Shown here in pieces: positions 44,790 to 60,789 of a stretch of DNA of 64,000 nt. The notes under the pieces were generated by a model. The model was not told the DNA's origin. It was given only the letters and a program-made list of their open reading frames with translations, and ran no database searches. Made by a program: the position numbers and the translations under genes. Numbering within the stretch: the stretch's first letter is position 1; each line of letters begins with the position of its first letter. The DNA comes from the human T2T-CHM13v2.0 reference genome, Homo sapiens. The DNA lies in assembly GCF_009914755.1 (NCBI RefSeq), contig NC_060930.1, one strand, 5' to 3'.

Positions 44790-45140
44790 GGCCGGAGCGC
44801 ACGAATCTGAAACCACCCGCCTCCAAAGGTCCGTCACAAAGGCCAGAAAGGTCGGTACTTTCACGTGCCGCTGCCGTCAACGGCTGTCTCAGCATTCAGC
44901 TTCTCTAGGATTCTGGAGGCTTTCTCCTCTCTGTGGTTGCCCGGCCGAACCCCGCCCCAGCTGAGCAGCGCAAGTTCCAGCTGAGCAGTCAGGTAACCCC
45001 AGGGGCCCATGCTCCCAGGCCGGGGCGCGTCAGACCCGTGCGAGGCCGGCCTTCCAGCTGCAGAACGTCGGAAGAGCAGCTCGGAAGGCAAACTTCGGAT
45101 AGCAGGGGCCGCTAGGTACCTCTGATAACTAACAGGGGCG
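44790..45140 (-). promoter_or_regulatory. CpG-rich promoter relic of the pseudogene
   Basis: Local CpG cluster in AT-rich surroundings, CGGAAG motifs ~45069 and ~45082, CACGTG 44862-44867; ~0.7 kb upstream of the relic SCAN exon. Confidence 0.55.
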
Positions 45141-48100
45141 GAGACAAAAGGGAAGAAATCTCTCCTTTCCAGCTTGGGCGATAAGTGTCCCCTGCTGGCC
45201 ACTGCTCATCAGTTCTCCAGCAGGAAAGTAAAAGTATACCTGGGTGGGAGCTTTTATCTCAGGGCTAGGAGGACTGTGCAGCAGTCTGGGAAACATGCAG
45301 CTTGGTTAAAGGTAAATTTTGACCTGGGTCACTGGCATCTAGAGACAATGCATTTGAGAGAGCCCACAACAACAATCAAAATAGCAGTTGTAAAGCATTA
45401 ATGTGCCAAGCACTATTCTAACACTTCGTAAACTCATTTAATCTACATTGGGTTGGTACTATTATCCTTGTCATTTTACATAGGAGGAAACTGAGGGACA
45501 GAGGTTAAATCCCTTGCCCAAAGTCACTTAGCTAGTAAACTGAGATTCGAACCATGGCAATCCGTCTCTAGAATCCAGGTTCTTAAACCCTATCTCAGGA
45601 ATAAGTAGGGAATTTGGCCAGAGGAAGCTGCAGAGTCCCTAAACTGCCTCAATCTTTATCAGGGATGAAATGAGGAGACATCTACTCCTAAATTCGTTAC
45701 TGAAGTAGGCAGAACTAAGGCACTAGATCAAAACACTAAGATATGCCCACTAAGCTTGAAGAGGAGTAATGATGATGTAATCATAAATCAAAAGTAACAA
45801 ATGGCTTCCACTATGGAGCCCTTCTTGGGACTTCCAGGAGCAGGCCAACTGGGCTTAGGAAAATGACTGGCAGGAGCAAACAGACATATACCCTAGAGAT
45901 TAACTTGAACTATGATAGGTGAAAGCTCTGGGAGCCTTGACTGATGGGTTTCTGACACCTAAATGGTGTTTTTAACGTGTATGAAGAGAATCAACTGTCT
46001 CTTCAAGAGATGAAATCAAGGGAAAACTGCTGGCTCTAAATGATGGTCTTACAATGTAAGCTAGGGGGCTAATCAACTGAAAAGTTTAAAACACTTATCA
46101 TAGTTGGCTTTGTCAACATCAAATTATATACATGAGGTCATATATATGTAAAATACAAATTACAACACAAAAATATTCATACATACTTTTTACACATTTA
46201 TATATATATGTAGAAATACTATACAAGTAAAAAATAATGTGTGAGGACTCCTTACCAAACGCACACAGAACGTTTGAGAGGGAGAGGATCCAAAGAAATT
46301 CCAATAAAATGAGCTGCTGTAGTGAGTGTGGTATATAACTTTTCGGTTTAAAGGATAAAAGTTGGGAAGAGATTCAATTAAAGGCTATCGAATGATTATG
46401 TCTAGGTTGAACAACAAGCATTTGCTCAAATTCTGGCCTTGTGGAGTTAGGAGGGTCACCATTTGAACTGTAAAATTGGTAAGTCTTAAGCAAAGAAAAA
46501 TATCATATATCACATATATGTGTGTGTGTGCATTTTTAAATCCAAGAAGTATCTTCTAATATAAAATCACTTTTGAAAACTGGCATTAAAGATAGATCCA
46601 TAATGGGTTATCAACACTTGGGGACAAATCTTTAAATCTTTCTGTATTAAATTAGACAGCCAAATATTCCTTATTCTGTGAGAATAATGCAGAGTGATTT
46701 ATCATTCTAAGAAGGGTGATCTTTTCATATAAAGAGCCCATTTTTAAAGTGGAATGTCTCCTGTGACACCCTCACTGTGCAGGCAACAAGAAGTAGAGCT
46801 GTTTATGCTGGCCAAACCTCATCCAAGATTTGGTATGCAGAGGGGGTGATAATATTATTACCTGAGGTGTTTGGACTCCAGGACTTTCTGAATCATTTTT
46901 CAGAATAATGACTGGAGATAAAAAGTTTTTACAGATAATTACTCAAGACACTGAATTACCACTGCAACACATGGTTTGTTCAACTGAAATAAAGAGAGGA
47001 AGTGTATCACAGAGGTTAAAAGTGTGAACTCTGGAACTGGGCTGCTTGGGTTCAAATCTTGGCCTGACCACATACTAACTTCGGGACCTTGAGCAGCTTT
47101 AGCTTATCTATTTCAGTTTCCCCAGCTGAAAGTGAAATGTTGTAAGTAAAGCATTTAGTAATGTCTGGCCCTTAGTAAGCAGCTAATAAGTGTGCGGTAT
47201 TGTCATTAATAAATCCTTTTCTCAATTCCAAAAGATGGCCAATAAGAACAGCTTTGTTTTGACTATAACAACTCTACAAATAATCTGTATATTAACAAAA
47301 GTGGCTACTTCTGTACTGAATACAGGAATGCAGACTTGTCTAAGTTCTTCTATCTTAGAGGTCTCTACAACCAACCTCATTATACAGTTGAGATGTCTCA
47401 ATTTGGAGCCCTGCTCAATCCCACTGTCTTTCCTCATTAGCTTCATCTCGTACCTCAAACTCTGGCAACCTCTTAATACAATTTATTTTTGGAAGGAGGG
47501 CCCCATTCTTTTTTCCTCTGCAGTCACTTCCCACTGCACTCTCTGGAATCAGTTTGATTGTCAGGTTACGTTTTCATTCATAGCCCGTGTTGAAACTCAC
47601 CTCACTTTTCATTACTTTAGAAACTTGGCTCTTCCCCAACCTCTCCATGCTTTTTGCCTTAAACACTTAATGTCTTGTTTACCTTGAATCAATTAGAAAA
47701 GACAAGCCAGTCAATCTTATTCTTATTCTTAATATTATTTGCAAGCTTTATGATTCATTCAAGTTTTACAACAGATACTTCTATCTGGCCATTGTTACTA
47801 CAATTGATGACCGTTATTTCTACCTTGGACCTGCTTCGCTTTTATATTCTTCGTTTCCATCCCACCCCGTTATTGTTATTTCAAAATCCACATACATAAA
47901 ATGCTTCAGAGGTTTCTGTTTTCCTAGGATCTTGTCACTGTCACACCACATCTATATGTTATCCACAAAATGTACTCCTGACTTCATCACAAAGCATTCT
48001 CTCTTCACTGCATTCCCTAATGTAGCACTCCTATTCCATATCTAACATGTCACATCCTCCATTTGCCCCTCAGGGCCTTCAATTTGCCTATATTGCCAAT

Positions 48101-48172
48101 TTAGCTCCAATTAGTAGCCTTATTCTACTATATTTCCTCTTTATCCTGGAAAGCTAGTTTAATCCTCTTTGA

Positions 48173-48569
<397 letters not shown>

Positions 48570-48993
48570 CTCCACATTTATTTTTAAACAAGTATGAACT
48601 GTACCCTCCTATAATAGGCATATTCCATTGTTCTGAGTCTTTGTTTATGGTCCCTTTATAATATTAGGTATATAAGAAAGATTAAGTAGTGTGCAGAAAG
48701 GCAAATGGAGGAATGTGCGCAATGACAGAACATATTAAGCAGAAAATGAACTGGAAAGACCCCAAGTAAAGGCACTCAGAGGAGTAGAAGGCAAGTTTAA
48801 AACAACGATTGCATTCCAGCGAGCAGTCAGATTAAAAGAGAGGCTCTGAAGTTACTATGAACAGTAATTTCAGTTTGGATAACAAGTCTATAAAATCAGA
48901 TTAGATAAGGAGTATGCATAGCATGTTTGGTAAGGAGAACATTCTCACACAGGTTCTCATCACTAAGTAAAGTCCCCTCCACTGAGAAGAGTT

Positions 48994-49488
48994 TCTAACA
49001 GTGAAACAGCAAAAGAACTACCATAACTAACTCCATTTTTGTTTAAGGACCCTTTACCTATTCCTCCATGTAGGCTAATTTTAGAGCAGAGATAATATGC
49101 AAAAACAGCAATCATGTAGTTTTAAAAACTAACTCTGGGATTAAAGAAGTATGTATAACAATTATGTTTTGTTGAAGATTTGCAGGAGCATTGTGACCCA
49201 ACCAATGACAAAGAAGTTCCCAACCTCCTTGGACTCTTGCTGGCGCCCAGATGTCTGTGGTCATAGGTCACCTCTTCATCCCAACTCTGTCCTCTTCCCT
49301 TTGCCCTTAACATAAAAAGAGCCGAGCCCAACATTTGTATTGACTTAAGATGGTACTTTAGGACAGTAGTCTACCATCGTCTCAGTTTGCTGGCTCTCCG
49401 AATAAATCTGCTTTTCCTCGCACCAATTTTCTTCTCTCCCGAGTTTTGGCTTTGGAGCCGCAAGCAGCTGAACCTTGGTTTGGTTACA
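48994..49488 (+). mobile_element. ERV1 (MER4-group) solo LTR
   Basis: Ends T(C)TAAC...GTTACA; 4-bp TSD AGTT; AATAAA ~49401; CTCCATTTTTGTT motif. Confidence 0.7.
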
Positions 49489-51896
49489 AGTTTGCATTCT
49501 CATTATGTGAGAAATGGGAGGCAGGGTAAACTTAGGTAGAGCATAGGCCTCACATACTTAGAGCTACAGAGCTCCCAGACTCACTCTGGGTTCCTTGTTT
49601 CCTGGAGGAAAAAAACTAGGTTTCCAATCCCAGTTGCCTCAGTGCCTCATGTGTGCAACTCCAATGCTGGGGTTATGAAAAAAGCCTAACTAAGCAGTCC
49701 TCAACTTATGAGTAAGTTGTTTTTCAACTGTTCATTTGCCTTTCTCTCTTGTGAACTCAAGAAGGTTTTTCCACACAGAAAGTCATGTAAGTTCCAATCC
49801 CAGAAGCCAATTTGACACCTAATATACCTGAATTATAATACTTATACCATTATGACTTCTATGGGAATATGTGTTCATATTTACAACTTAGCTAGAAACA
49901 TAATATTCCTATAGGACCAGAGACGCTTCTAGTTCCAACCCAGGGATGAAATTCTATACAGGGTTTATGGCTAGAGAGGCAAGAGACAGGGGCACTAAGA
50001 AAATGGGGCTGGGGAGTATATTACAGGAGTGAAGAGAAGATGGGACAAAGACACAGGGCTGTGTAGAAAGGTAATTAGGAGTGGGACTTACTAAGGAAGA
50101 ATGCAGATTACCCTTCTTTTATTTTTCCCCTTCCCCTTTTGTCACTGTCTCACCACTTCAAACCCACTAACCAGCTAGAAGTGTGAAGAGAAGAGAGGAC
50201 TGGAGTTGTGTTGGGGTGTAGTAGGAAGTTAGTCCCAGAAACTGTGGAGTTTGCTGTGGCAGGGTAGAAAAGGAAGGAAATAACAGGCCATCTCAGTAGA
50301 GATTAAGAATGATTTCTGTAAATAAAAAGACAGATCAGGAGCCATGTGTACTTCCATGTGGCTTATCTGTTGTCCACTAAAATAATCAAGACAGGTTCTC
50401 ATCCAAAGCAGAATTTTTACTCAGCAAGGCAAGGTTAGAGTCAACCAGTTTTGGTTGATTCATTTTTCAGAAGCCCAAGGGATAGTATCTCTAATTTGGG
50501 GTCCTTTTATGTGCTCAAGAAGTAAACAAACCAACAAAATGTAAATCAGTTCTCAAGAGCCATTATTAGGGAATTCAGAACATAGTGCTAACATGAGATC
50601 TGAGAAATAAAAGAAGGTAAAGCATAAAACAGAGAAGAGCACCAGGCCCTCCCCTAAATAAACAAACAACACAAGGCCTTGCACTCAGAAGACCCTTGGA
50701 ATGTAGGTCTGTCTCTCTTTCTTTGAATACTTAAATCTGAAGGGATGGAAAGACCACCTAAAAATCCTAGTTTTTTGGCATGATGGGGGTCTAATTCCTT
50801 GTTCACTCCAAAGAGCTGATGGCACATGTTCCCTGTAAGGATCTCCTTGTGCTAAAAGTCTGCAGTGGCCTTTAGTTTATAGGACTGTGTTCAGGCTTCC
50901 CCACTTCGCAGACAGCCATGAAGTCAGCTGTCATTCAACTCAACGCTTCTCAAATTTTAAAGTATATTAAGTAACTGTGGAGCTATAAAAATGAAGATTC
51001 TCAACTCCCATCCTAGGCCTAATGAAGCAGAATGTGAGTGGGATTCAGGGATGTTAAACAAGCTCCAAACATGATTTTGATGTTCATCAAAGTTGGAGGA
51101 TCACTAGAGTAATGGCCAGGACTAGAAGTCAAAAGACCTGCACTTAGGTTACTGGTCTTTTTCTTTGTGTGGGATTATAGCTATGTTGCCATCTCCATAG
51201 GCAAGAGTATTCTCATTTTTAAAATGGAGAATGCTTTTGATTTACCAAGGTATTTTAGGAATTGAGAAAAGTGCTCTGTAAATGTCCAAGTGCTATAAAG
51301 TATTAGATGAAATTATTCACACTCTGGCCCTCTTATGTGTCTGTCCCCAAGCTGTTTCCAACTTAATGCTATTGATTGCCCAATTTGCACGAACCTTTTA
51401 CTTCAGGTTGGCTAGTCTTTTCCCTGATGCTTCCAAACCACATGCACTCTTATGATGGCTTACATTTGTTTTACCCGCTTTCTCCCTTTTGACTGCTAAG
51501 TCTGCCCGTCAAATCCTTATTTTAAATAAAATCTTTCTTGACCACTCCAGGCAAAAGTAACCTGTCCTTTAGAATTTACAGCACTTATAGTCTACAAAGT
51601 ACCACTTTCATTCGACACCATCTGGTGCATCTATTCTACTCTCCTGTAGTCTTATATGACTAAATATGTGGATCTTATCTATCCCAAACTAGGCTACAAA
51701 CTCTCTGAGAAAAGAGTTTGGGGTTATCTTCTTGTTCTCCACAGCACGTAGTACAATGGGCAGCACACAGTGAATTCTTATTAAATATCTGAGGTTTCCT
51801 TATAACAATGGTGACTGAAGTTTTGCCCCAATAATTGTAAAGCTAAATAGTATTTCTCACCGGCCTGAACTCTGTGAGATAACTTCCCTGTAGTCA

Positions 51897-53185
51897 TCAC
51901 ACAGAAACAGATTTTTCTCCTTTGTGGATAGTCTGATGTTGAGTAAGAGCTGAGTTCTGCCTGAATGATTTCCCACACTCTTTACGTACATAGGTACCAC
52001 CTCTATTATGGATTCTCTGGTGTTTACTAAGATCTGACCTCTGTCTGAAGGCTTTTCCACACTCATCACATTGGTAGGGCTTCTCCCCAGTGTGGATTCT
52101 CTGATGCTGAATGAGGCTGGTGATTCCTCGGAAGGCATTCCCACACTCATCACACTTGTAGGGCCTCTCTCCAGTGTGGATTCTCTGATGTTCCGTGAGG
52201 ACTGATCTTTGAGTAAACGCCTTCCCACACTTATCACATTTATAGGGTCTTTCTCCAGTGTGAATTCGCTGATGTTCTGTAAGACTTGTCCTTTGAATAA
52301 AGGCTTTTTCACATACGTCACATTTGTAGGGTTTTTCCCCAGTGTGAATTCTCTGATGCTGAATAAGGCCACTCTGACTGAAGGATTTCCCACATTCCTT
52401 ACACTGATAGCATTTTTCTTTGTGGTGGATTTCCTGATGGGAAACAAGGGATGAGTTATAAACAAAGGCTTTTCCACACTCGTTGCACTCATACGGCTTG
52501 GCGCCGGTATGAACTCCTTGATGCTGAGTAAGTATGGAACGCCGACTAAAACTTTTATTACACTGAGTGCACTGATAAGGTTTGTCTCTTGTGTGGATCT
52601 TGATATGGTGAAAGAGGCCTGCTTTCTGACTAAAGGCTTTGCCACAGTCATTACAGTGATAGTGTTTTTCTCCTGTGTGAAGTCTCTGATGTTGGTTAAG
52701 AGCTGACCACCGGCCAAAGGCTTTGCCACATTCATTACACTTATACGGTTTCTCTCCAGTGTGTATTATTTTGTGTCGAATAAGCACAGTTCTCCCACGG
52801 AAAGCTTTTCCACATTCTTCGCATTTGTAGGGTCTGTCTCCAGTATGGATCCTCTGATGTTCTATGAGGTGTGAGTGCTGACTAAAAGCTTTTCCACAGT
52901 CATCACATCCGTAAGATTCTTCTCCTGGACAGATTCTCTGATGTTCAGTATGGTCAGAGTTCTCAGTCAGGCTTACTCCATTTTCATCACAGGTAGGTTG
53001 TTTATCTTCTCTGGAGCAAGCAGAGGGCTCTTCTGTTATTTCTTCAGGTTCACGAGTTTCTCCACACCTAGCAGACTTGGACATATCATTTTCAAATTTA
53101 CTGGATGTCTTCCCATGTGGTTCCATTTCTTCAGAAACTTCTTGCTTTAAATTCCCATACTCATTTCCAGTCTCAACATCTAAAA
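51897..53185 (-). CDS. ZSCAN12: ZSCAN12 exon 4, 11 intact C2H2 fingers plus 1 broken finger, and stop
   Basis: Acceptor CTTAG|53185, (V)LDVETGNEY...KGEKSVSV*; exon sum 402+145+1289=1836 nt = 611 aa. Confidence 0.96.
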
Positions 53186-53554
53186 CTAAGAAGGGATCAT
53201 AAATGTTACCTCTTTCTACCTTTAAAATGTATCCATACATTTTAATATTAAGCAGCTGTTTAGAAATAAAAAATGCAAGAGTCTACCATCTTAGTGATAA
53301 AGAGAGCAAAATATATTTGTTTCAATATGGAAAACATATGCATCAAAAAAATATCTGGAAGGACATACGAAAAAGTAGTAACAGTTACAACCTATTTCAG
53401 AGTAGGAGGAAGAGACTAGGTGGCTGGGAAAATCGAGTAGAATAGAAACTTTTCATTAAATAACTTAAAAAATTTTTGTTTTTGAGCCATGTACATTTTT
53501 ACCTACTTAAAAAATTAAATGAAAATGAAAAGGATGCAGAGAAAGTAGAAATAA

Positions 53555-53918
<364 letters not shown>

Positions 53919-54344
53919 TGTTACTCCTTTTCTTTGTAAGTATACAAATTTTTTTTTTCTTGAACCATCTGAAAGTTAGTTGCAGACATAATGGAGCAAA
54001 GGCTTATTTAGTGAAGCAGAAAGGATATAGTGCAAGTGGAAGATAGAGGTATTGTCTGATAGGATAAAGGCTAAAAATAGCAAGGAGGTCAGTATAAAGA
54101 GAGATAAATATCAGAAGGACTAAATTAAGTGGTAAAGCCAGAATTTAGAAGAATATGAATATACAAAAAAGTAAGGGTTGAAGAGTGACAAACTAGGCTG
54201 TCTGAGAGTCTATATATGAGCCATCAGATTCTGAGACGGCCTTTTTGACTTTAATGATCAGAAACAGTAGCAAGTACAAAAAAGCCCCAATGTCCTATGT
54301 TACCCATCTTCCCCTTCCTCCCAAGATGGGTCTTTCTTCTTTAC

Positions 54345-54489
54345 CTTGCTCCTGTTGGGATTCAAGTTCTGGAGATTCATACTTTGGCTGGGCTTTCATG
54401 GACTGGAGGGACATACTGGGTTCTCCTTCTTTTCGTAGACGTACCGTCTCCTGCAAGAACATTTCCTGTTCCCCAGTGTGGACTGAGAC
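54345..54489 (-). CDS. ZSCAN12: ZSCAN12 exon 3
   Basis: TTTTCCTCAG|[48 protein letters not shown]; donor G|GTAAAG; 145 nt. Confidence 0.93.
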
Positions 54490-54939
54490 CTGAGGAAAAT
54501 GAGATGTAGCTGACAGACTCACTCTGATAACAGAAAACAAAAAGTATACTATTTGTGGCAGTGGCTGAACCCTGAAATGACCTTTTTCCCAGATATAAGC
54601 CTGCCATAACCCTACCCATTCTTCAAGGCCAATATAAATGTCGCCTCCTCTGGGGAATCTTCCCTTCTCCACCCAGATGTAATTTCTCCTGTTGTTACCG
54701 CTAAAGTATGTTGGTTGTGCCACTGTTACCTCTTTATCTTATGCTTAAAGAAGTGGAGAAAGGAAAGGGAGAAAGACAAAACAAAGGAGAGAAGAAAAAG
54801 GTGAAAAGAGGCAGAAAGGAGGAAATAAGATAGAACTTAGGGTAAAATAAAACATTAAGAGAGAAAGAGGAAAAGGAAAGGGGATATGTAAAGGTAAATA
54901 ATGTAGAGAAATGATAAAAAAAAAAAAAAAAAGGCACCC

Positions 54940-55198
54940 TTGGGATGCCATGGTGGGAGGATTGCTTGAGGCCAGGAGTTTGAGACCAGCCTAGGCAATA
55001 TAGCAAGACCCCATCTCTCCAAAAAAATTAAAAATGATCTGGGCATGGTGGTGCACATCTGTAGTCCTAACTACTCAGGGGACTAAGGCAGGAGGACTGC
55101 TTGAGCCCAGTTCAAGGTTATAGTGAACTATGATTACACTACTGAACTCCAGCCTGGGTGACAGAGACACTGTAGCTCCAAAAAAAAAAAAAAAAAAA
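54940..55198 (+). mobile_element. AluJ, 5'-truncated
   Basis: Sense Alu with poly-A. Confidence 0.85.
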
Positions 55199-56179
55199 GG
55201 TTGAAGGGAACAAATGAGGAGAAAGAAAGGGAAAAGAAGGGAAGGAGAGAAATCTCTTCCATATTCATTCCCTAAGCTGTTCCCAATAGTCTCTGCTCTT
55301 CTGAGGTGCCCGTCCCACTTCTCTCTGGGAAGATTATCTTATTTTCTATTTATCCAAGATCACAATCATCTCAAAAATCATCTACTCTTCATTTTATCTA
55401 TCTCCACCCTCATACTCCTCTCCATTTCTTCTATCTTAGGATGATGTCTTCTCTTTTTCAAGGCTTACGTCTCTACTTTTGCCTTCAATCCCATCACTTT
55501 TGGCTTCTCTCTGACCCTTGCTCCCTCAGTTAACTCATTTATTCAATTTCAGCCACTGGGTGGCTCCCATTCTTCCATGGGCCTATTTCCTCTTGCATTT
55601 AAAAATAACAGGTTTCTTCAGCAAGGTATTGTAAAAAGCAGGGATTTGGAATCACATGGATTACTTACTCTCTCTCTTAGTCTAGTAGCTCTGTGACCTT
55701 GGGCTAGTTACTTACTCTCTCTGAGATTATAAATAACATTTGTATAAACCACCTTGCACAGGGATTGGCATACAACAGGTTCTCAAATTACTCCCCCATT
55801 CTCTTCAAAGGTTAAATTTTATAACTAAGAAATCACCATATACTGCCTCTATTTCCCTGATACATTTTCATTTTGTAGCCTCAGTCTTCAGAATAAAAGC
55901 GAGAGTCAGCAAAATGCTATCTCAGATGTATAGAAAACGGTGTTTTGATATCTCATATTTTGAAAAAAGAAAGCTGGGGGAAAAGGCCAGTACTGTGAGC
56001 TGTGCCTTCTATTCTGGGATCTCTGGTCAGGCCTCAGAAATCAAGCTGTAAACTCCATTATATGCCCCTGCAGTGCTTTCAGAGAAAGAACTGGTTGGCA
56101 ATACAAATTCAGCACATTTAAAACCAAATTACTTTTGCCTGCATCTAAGAATCCCATTCTTTGTACCTCCCTAGCTACT

Positions 56180-57830
<1,651 letters not shown>

Positions 57831-57960
57831 CTTTAACTTTGTTAGGAGTGTCTCCATTATACTAGTCTTTCAAGCTTAAAATCCCTAGTGTTTAGCTTAG
57901 AATACATTGCTCTGTAAAGAGTTCTCCATTGGTTCTTCCTTCTTTATTTAATAGAGCTAA

Positions 57961-58348
<388 letters not shown>

Positions 58349-58472
58349 TCATGATCCTATTTCAAACTTAGATATTTTTGCCACATGTTCCTACCCTCTC
58401 TATTGCATTTTGTATCACAGTGCTAGATTATACTTCTGTTTCATTATTTCCCTAAGTTTCAAACTCTTTATA

Positions 58473-58730
58473 CCGGGGTTTCCCAGCATTGGCTCTACTG
58501 ACATGTTCCTAGCATTGGCTCTACTGACTTTGTTGTCTGGGGCTGTCCTGTGTGTTTTAAGAGGTTTAGCATTAGCCTTGCCCTCTCTACCCACTAGATA
58601 CTAGCAGCACCTCCCCAAGTGATCCACTAGATACTAGCAGCACCTCCCCAAGTTATAACAACCAAAAATGTCCCAAGACATTGCCAAATGCCCTCTGGTG
58701 CACAAAATTGGCACTGGTTGAGAACCACTG
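58473..58730 (-). mobile_element. MER20 (hAT-Charlie) with two internal tandem duplications
   Basis: Ends GGTTGAGAACCACTG; ACAACCAAAAATGTCCCAAGACATTGCCAAATG core. Confidence 0.8.
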
Positions 58731-59450
58731 TCTCATTTTAGTATTAAAAACAAAACAAAAACGTTCTACATAATTTGGTTCTCTCTTTTACATCTTACAA
58801 TTAGTAAAGCTCATTTAGACTCAAGGAGAAAAGGTTAGGGGCATCTGTCCTACAGAATAAAATCTCAATTCCAGAGGTTGAGATTCAAGGTCCTGGACAC
58901 TATCTCAACTCTGCTATTTGGAATTCACCTTTCCAACCTAACTGGGCTTTCTGCTACTCAAAGAAACACAGATTCCCCACCCTGCTCTCCTCACTAACTT
59001 TCCATTGTACTCCCACATCTCATTCCCCTGAAATAGTTAATGTCTTCATTTTAAAACCCTGTAATGGAGTCAGAGCAATGGATATATCTGCAAAACCTTA
59101 ATTCTTAATTATTTGTATTGTGCAACAGAGTGATGCCCCTCCAAGAGACTGCTTCCCATCCTGCTACTGTCATCTCTTTGATACCTTCTCTTGTCTTAGA
59201 AGTTTTCTAAGATGAGCAGCATGTTTATCAAACAGAATTTTGTAGCTTAATAGAGAAATATAAAATCCTTCCACAGAAAAGTTATAAATAAGTTGGGACC
59301 ACATTAGCCAACTTTCCGTGAAACTCATGCCCCTTTCTGATGCACCAAACTGTCAAAAACATGCTTTGTGAAAAAATGGCTGTTCTTCACTCTGGCCTAG
59401 AAATCCACAATTTATGTTTTCTCAAGCAGAAGTCACATCTTTTTTCTCAC

Positions 59451-59852
59451 CTGCTCTCCTGGTTCATCCAGTTCTCTCTCTAAATCCTCCAGCACAGTCA
59501 CCACCTCCTCCCCACTCTCTGGATGCTGCTCCTGCACCCAGGCCTGGAGCTCCTCAGGTAGGATGGTCAGGAACTGCTCCAGCACCAGCAGCTCCAGAAT
59601 CTGTTCTTTGGTGTGGGTCTCTGGCCTCAGCCACTGATGGCAAAGTTCTCGGAGTCGGCTCAAAGCCTCACGGGGACCAGATGTCTCCTGGTAGCAGAAC
59701 TGTCTGAAGTACTGACGGAAGACCTCTCTGCTATGGGTGTTGTTTTTACGCAGGTCCCAATCCTGTCTGGTGGTATATTTCTCTTCCTCTATCTTTACTT
59801 CCAAAGGTTCATCCTGGTCCATGTGGGCCTGGATAGCCCAAGTAGATGCCAT
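59451..59852 (-). CDS. ZSCAN12: ZSCAN12 exon 2, SCAN domain; exon starts 59920
   Basis: [24 protein letters not shown]...[37 protein letters not shown]...LDEPGEQ; acceptor TTCTTCAG|59920; donor CAG|GTGAGA; 402 nt. Confidence 0.97.
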
Positions 59853-60082
59853 TTTAGCTGTGCTAGAACTACCGGTGTTTCAAGTAAGATCTCACCTGGA
59901 AACTGTATTCCTGGACAGTCCTGAAGAATAAACCATCATTATTAATACAAACTCCACCATAAAGTAAAACTGCAAATTCTGAGAACTTAACTATGACCTT
60001 TGAAATCTGACCTCCGGATTAATGTACAATACTTACTCAGAAAAATACTCTGATAGAAAAGACTTAAGATTAGACCGATTTA

Positions 60083-60404
<322 letters not shown>

Positions 60405-60789
60405 TTAGACTAATTTAAAGAGAAAGACTGAGGAAAGGTGCCAAGTTGTTTCAGGACTTAAGAGTAAGACTTGTTGGTAAACTTATTCTCATTTGGTCCT
60501 AAATGAAAGACAAATGGAATAAAACTAACATTTAGATCAAGTAAATAATAATAACAAAAGGTTAGGACATCCTTGATTAGTTACTTTTATCTTTTGAATG
60601 TCCAGATGTCTGGTGGAAACCATGAAATCACAAAAGCTACAGTCATGTAAATTTATTTCTTCAGGGACTTAATCTTTCTGCTCCTCATTCTTCATTTATA
60701 AAGTGAGAAGGCTGAAGAGGTTACTCTTTAAGGCTTCCCTCTAACCTCGTGGTCTGTGATTATAATCTGAAGTGAGGAAGGCCCAGGAA

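Larger units (their letters stand above)
41740..45140 (-). pseudogene. Unprocessed, decayed ZSCAN12 tandem paralogue (SCAN-ZNF pseudogene)
   Basis: SCAN relic 44056-43652 (LHRAVRRLRKLCQ*FLRPEIHIMKQVLEQ; YHPECGDEA; MLEKLKREFE); exon-3 relic from 43381 (TTTAG|VSG*MI*QDMLLAKIVP vs ZSCAN12 [17 protein letters not shown]); ZF-exon relic 42431-41740 (HQCSKCSKSFSLW*VITQHHGVH; AFVYSG; HHKEKC; YRQRSDLNK). Confidence 0.85.

Noticed and set aside
51857-52735. 292-aa alternative-frame ORF over ZSCAN12 fingers (similarly 27252-27566 in ZKSCAN3)
   Set aside because: The shifted frame of C2H2 arrays is often stop-free because of repetitive codon usage; no independent evidence of translation
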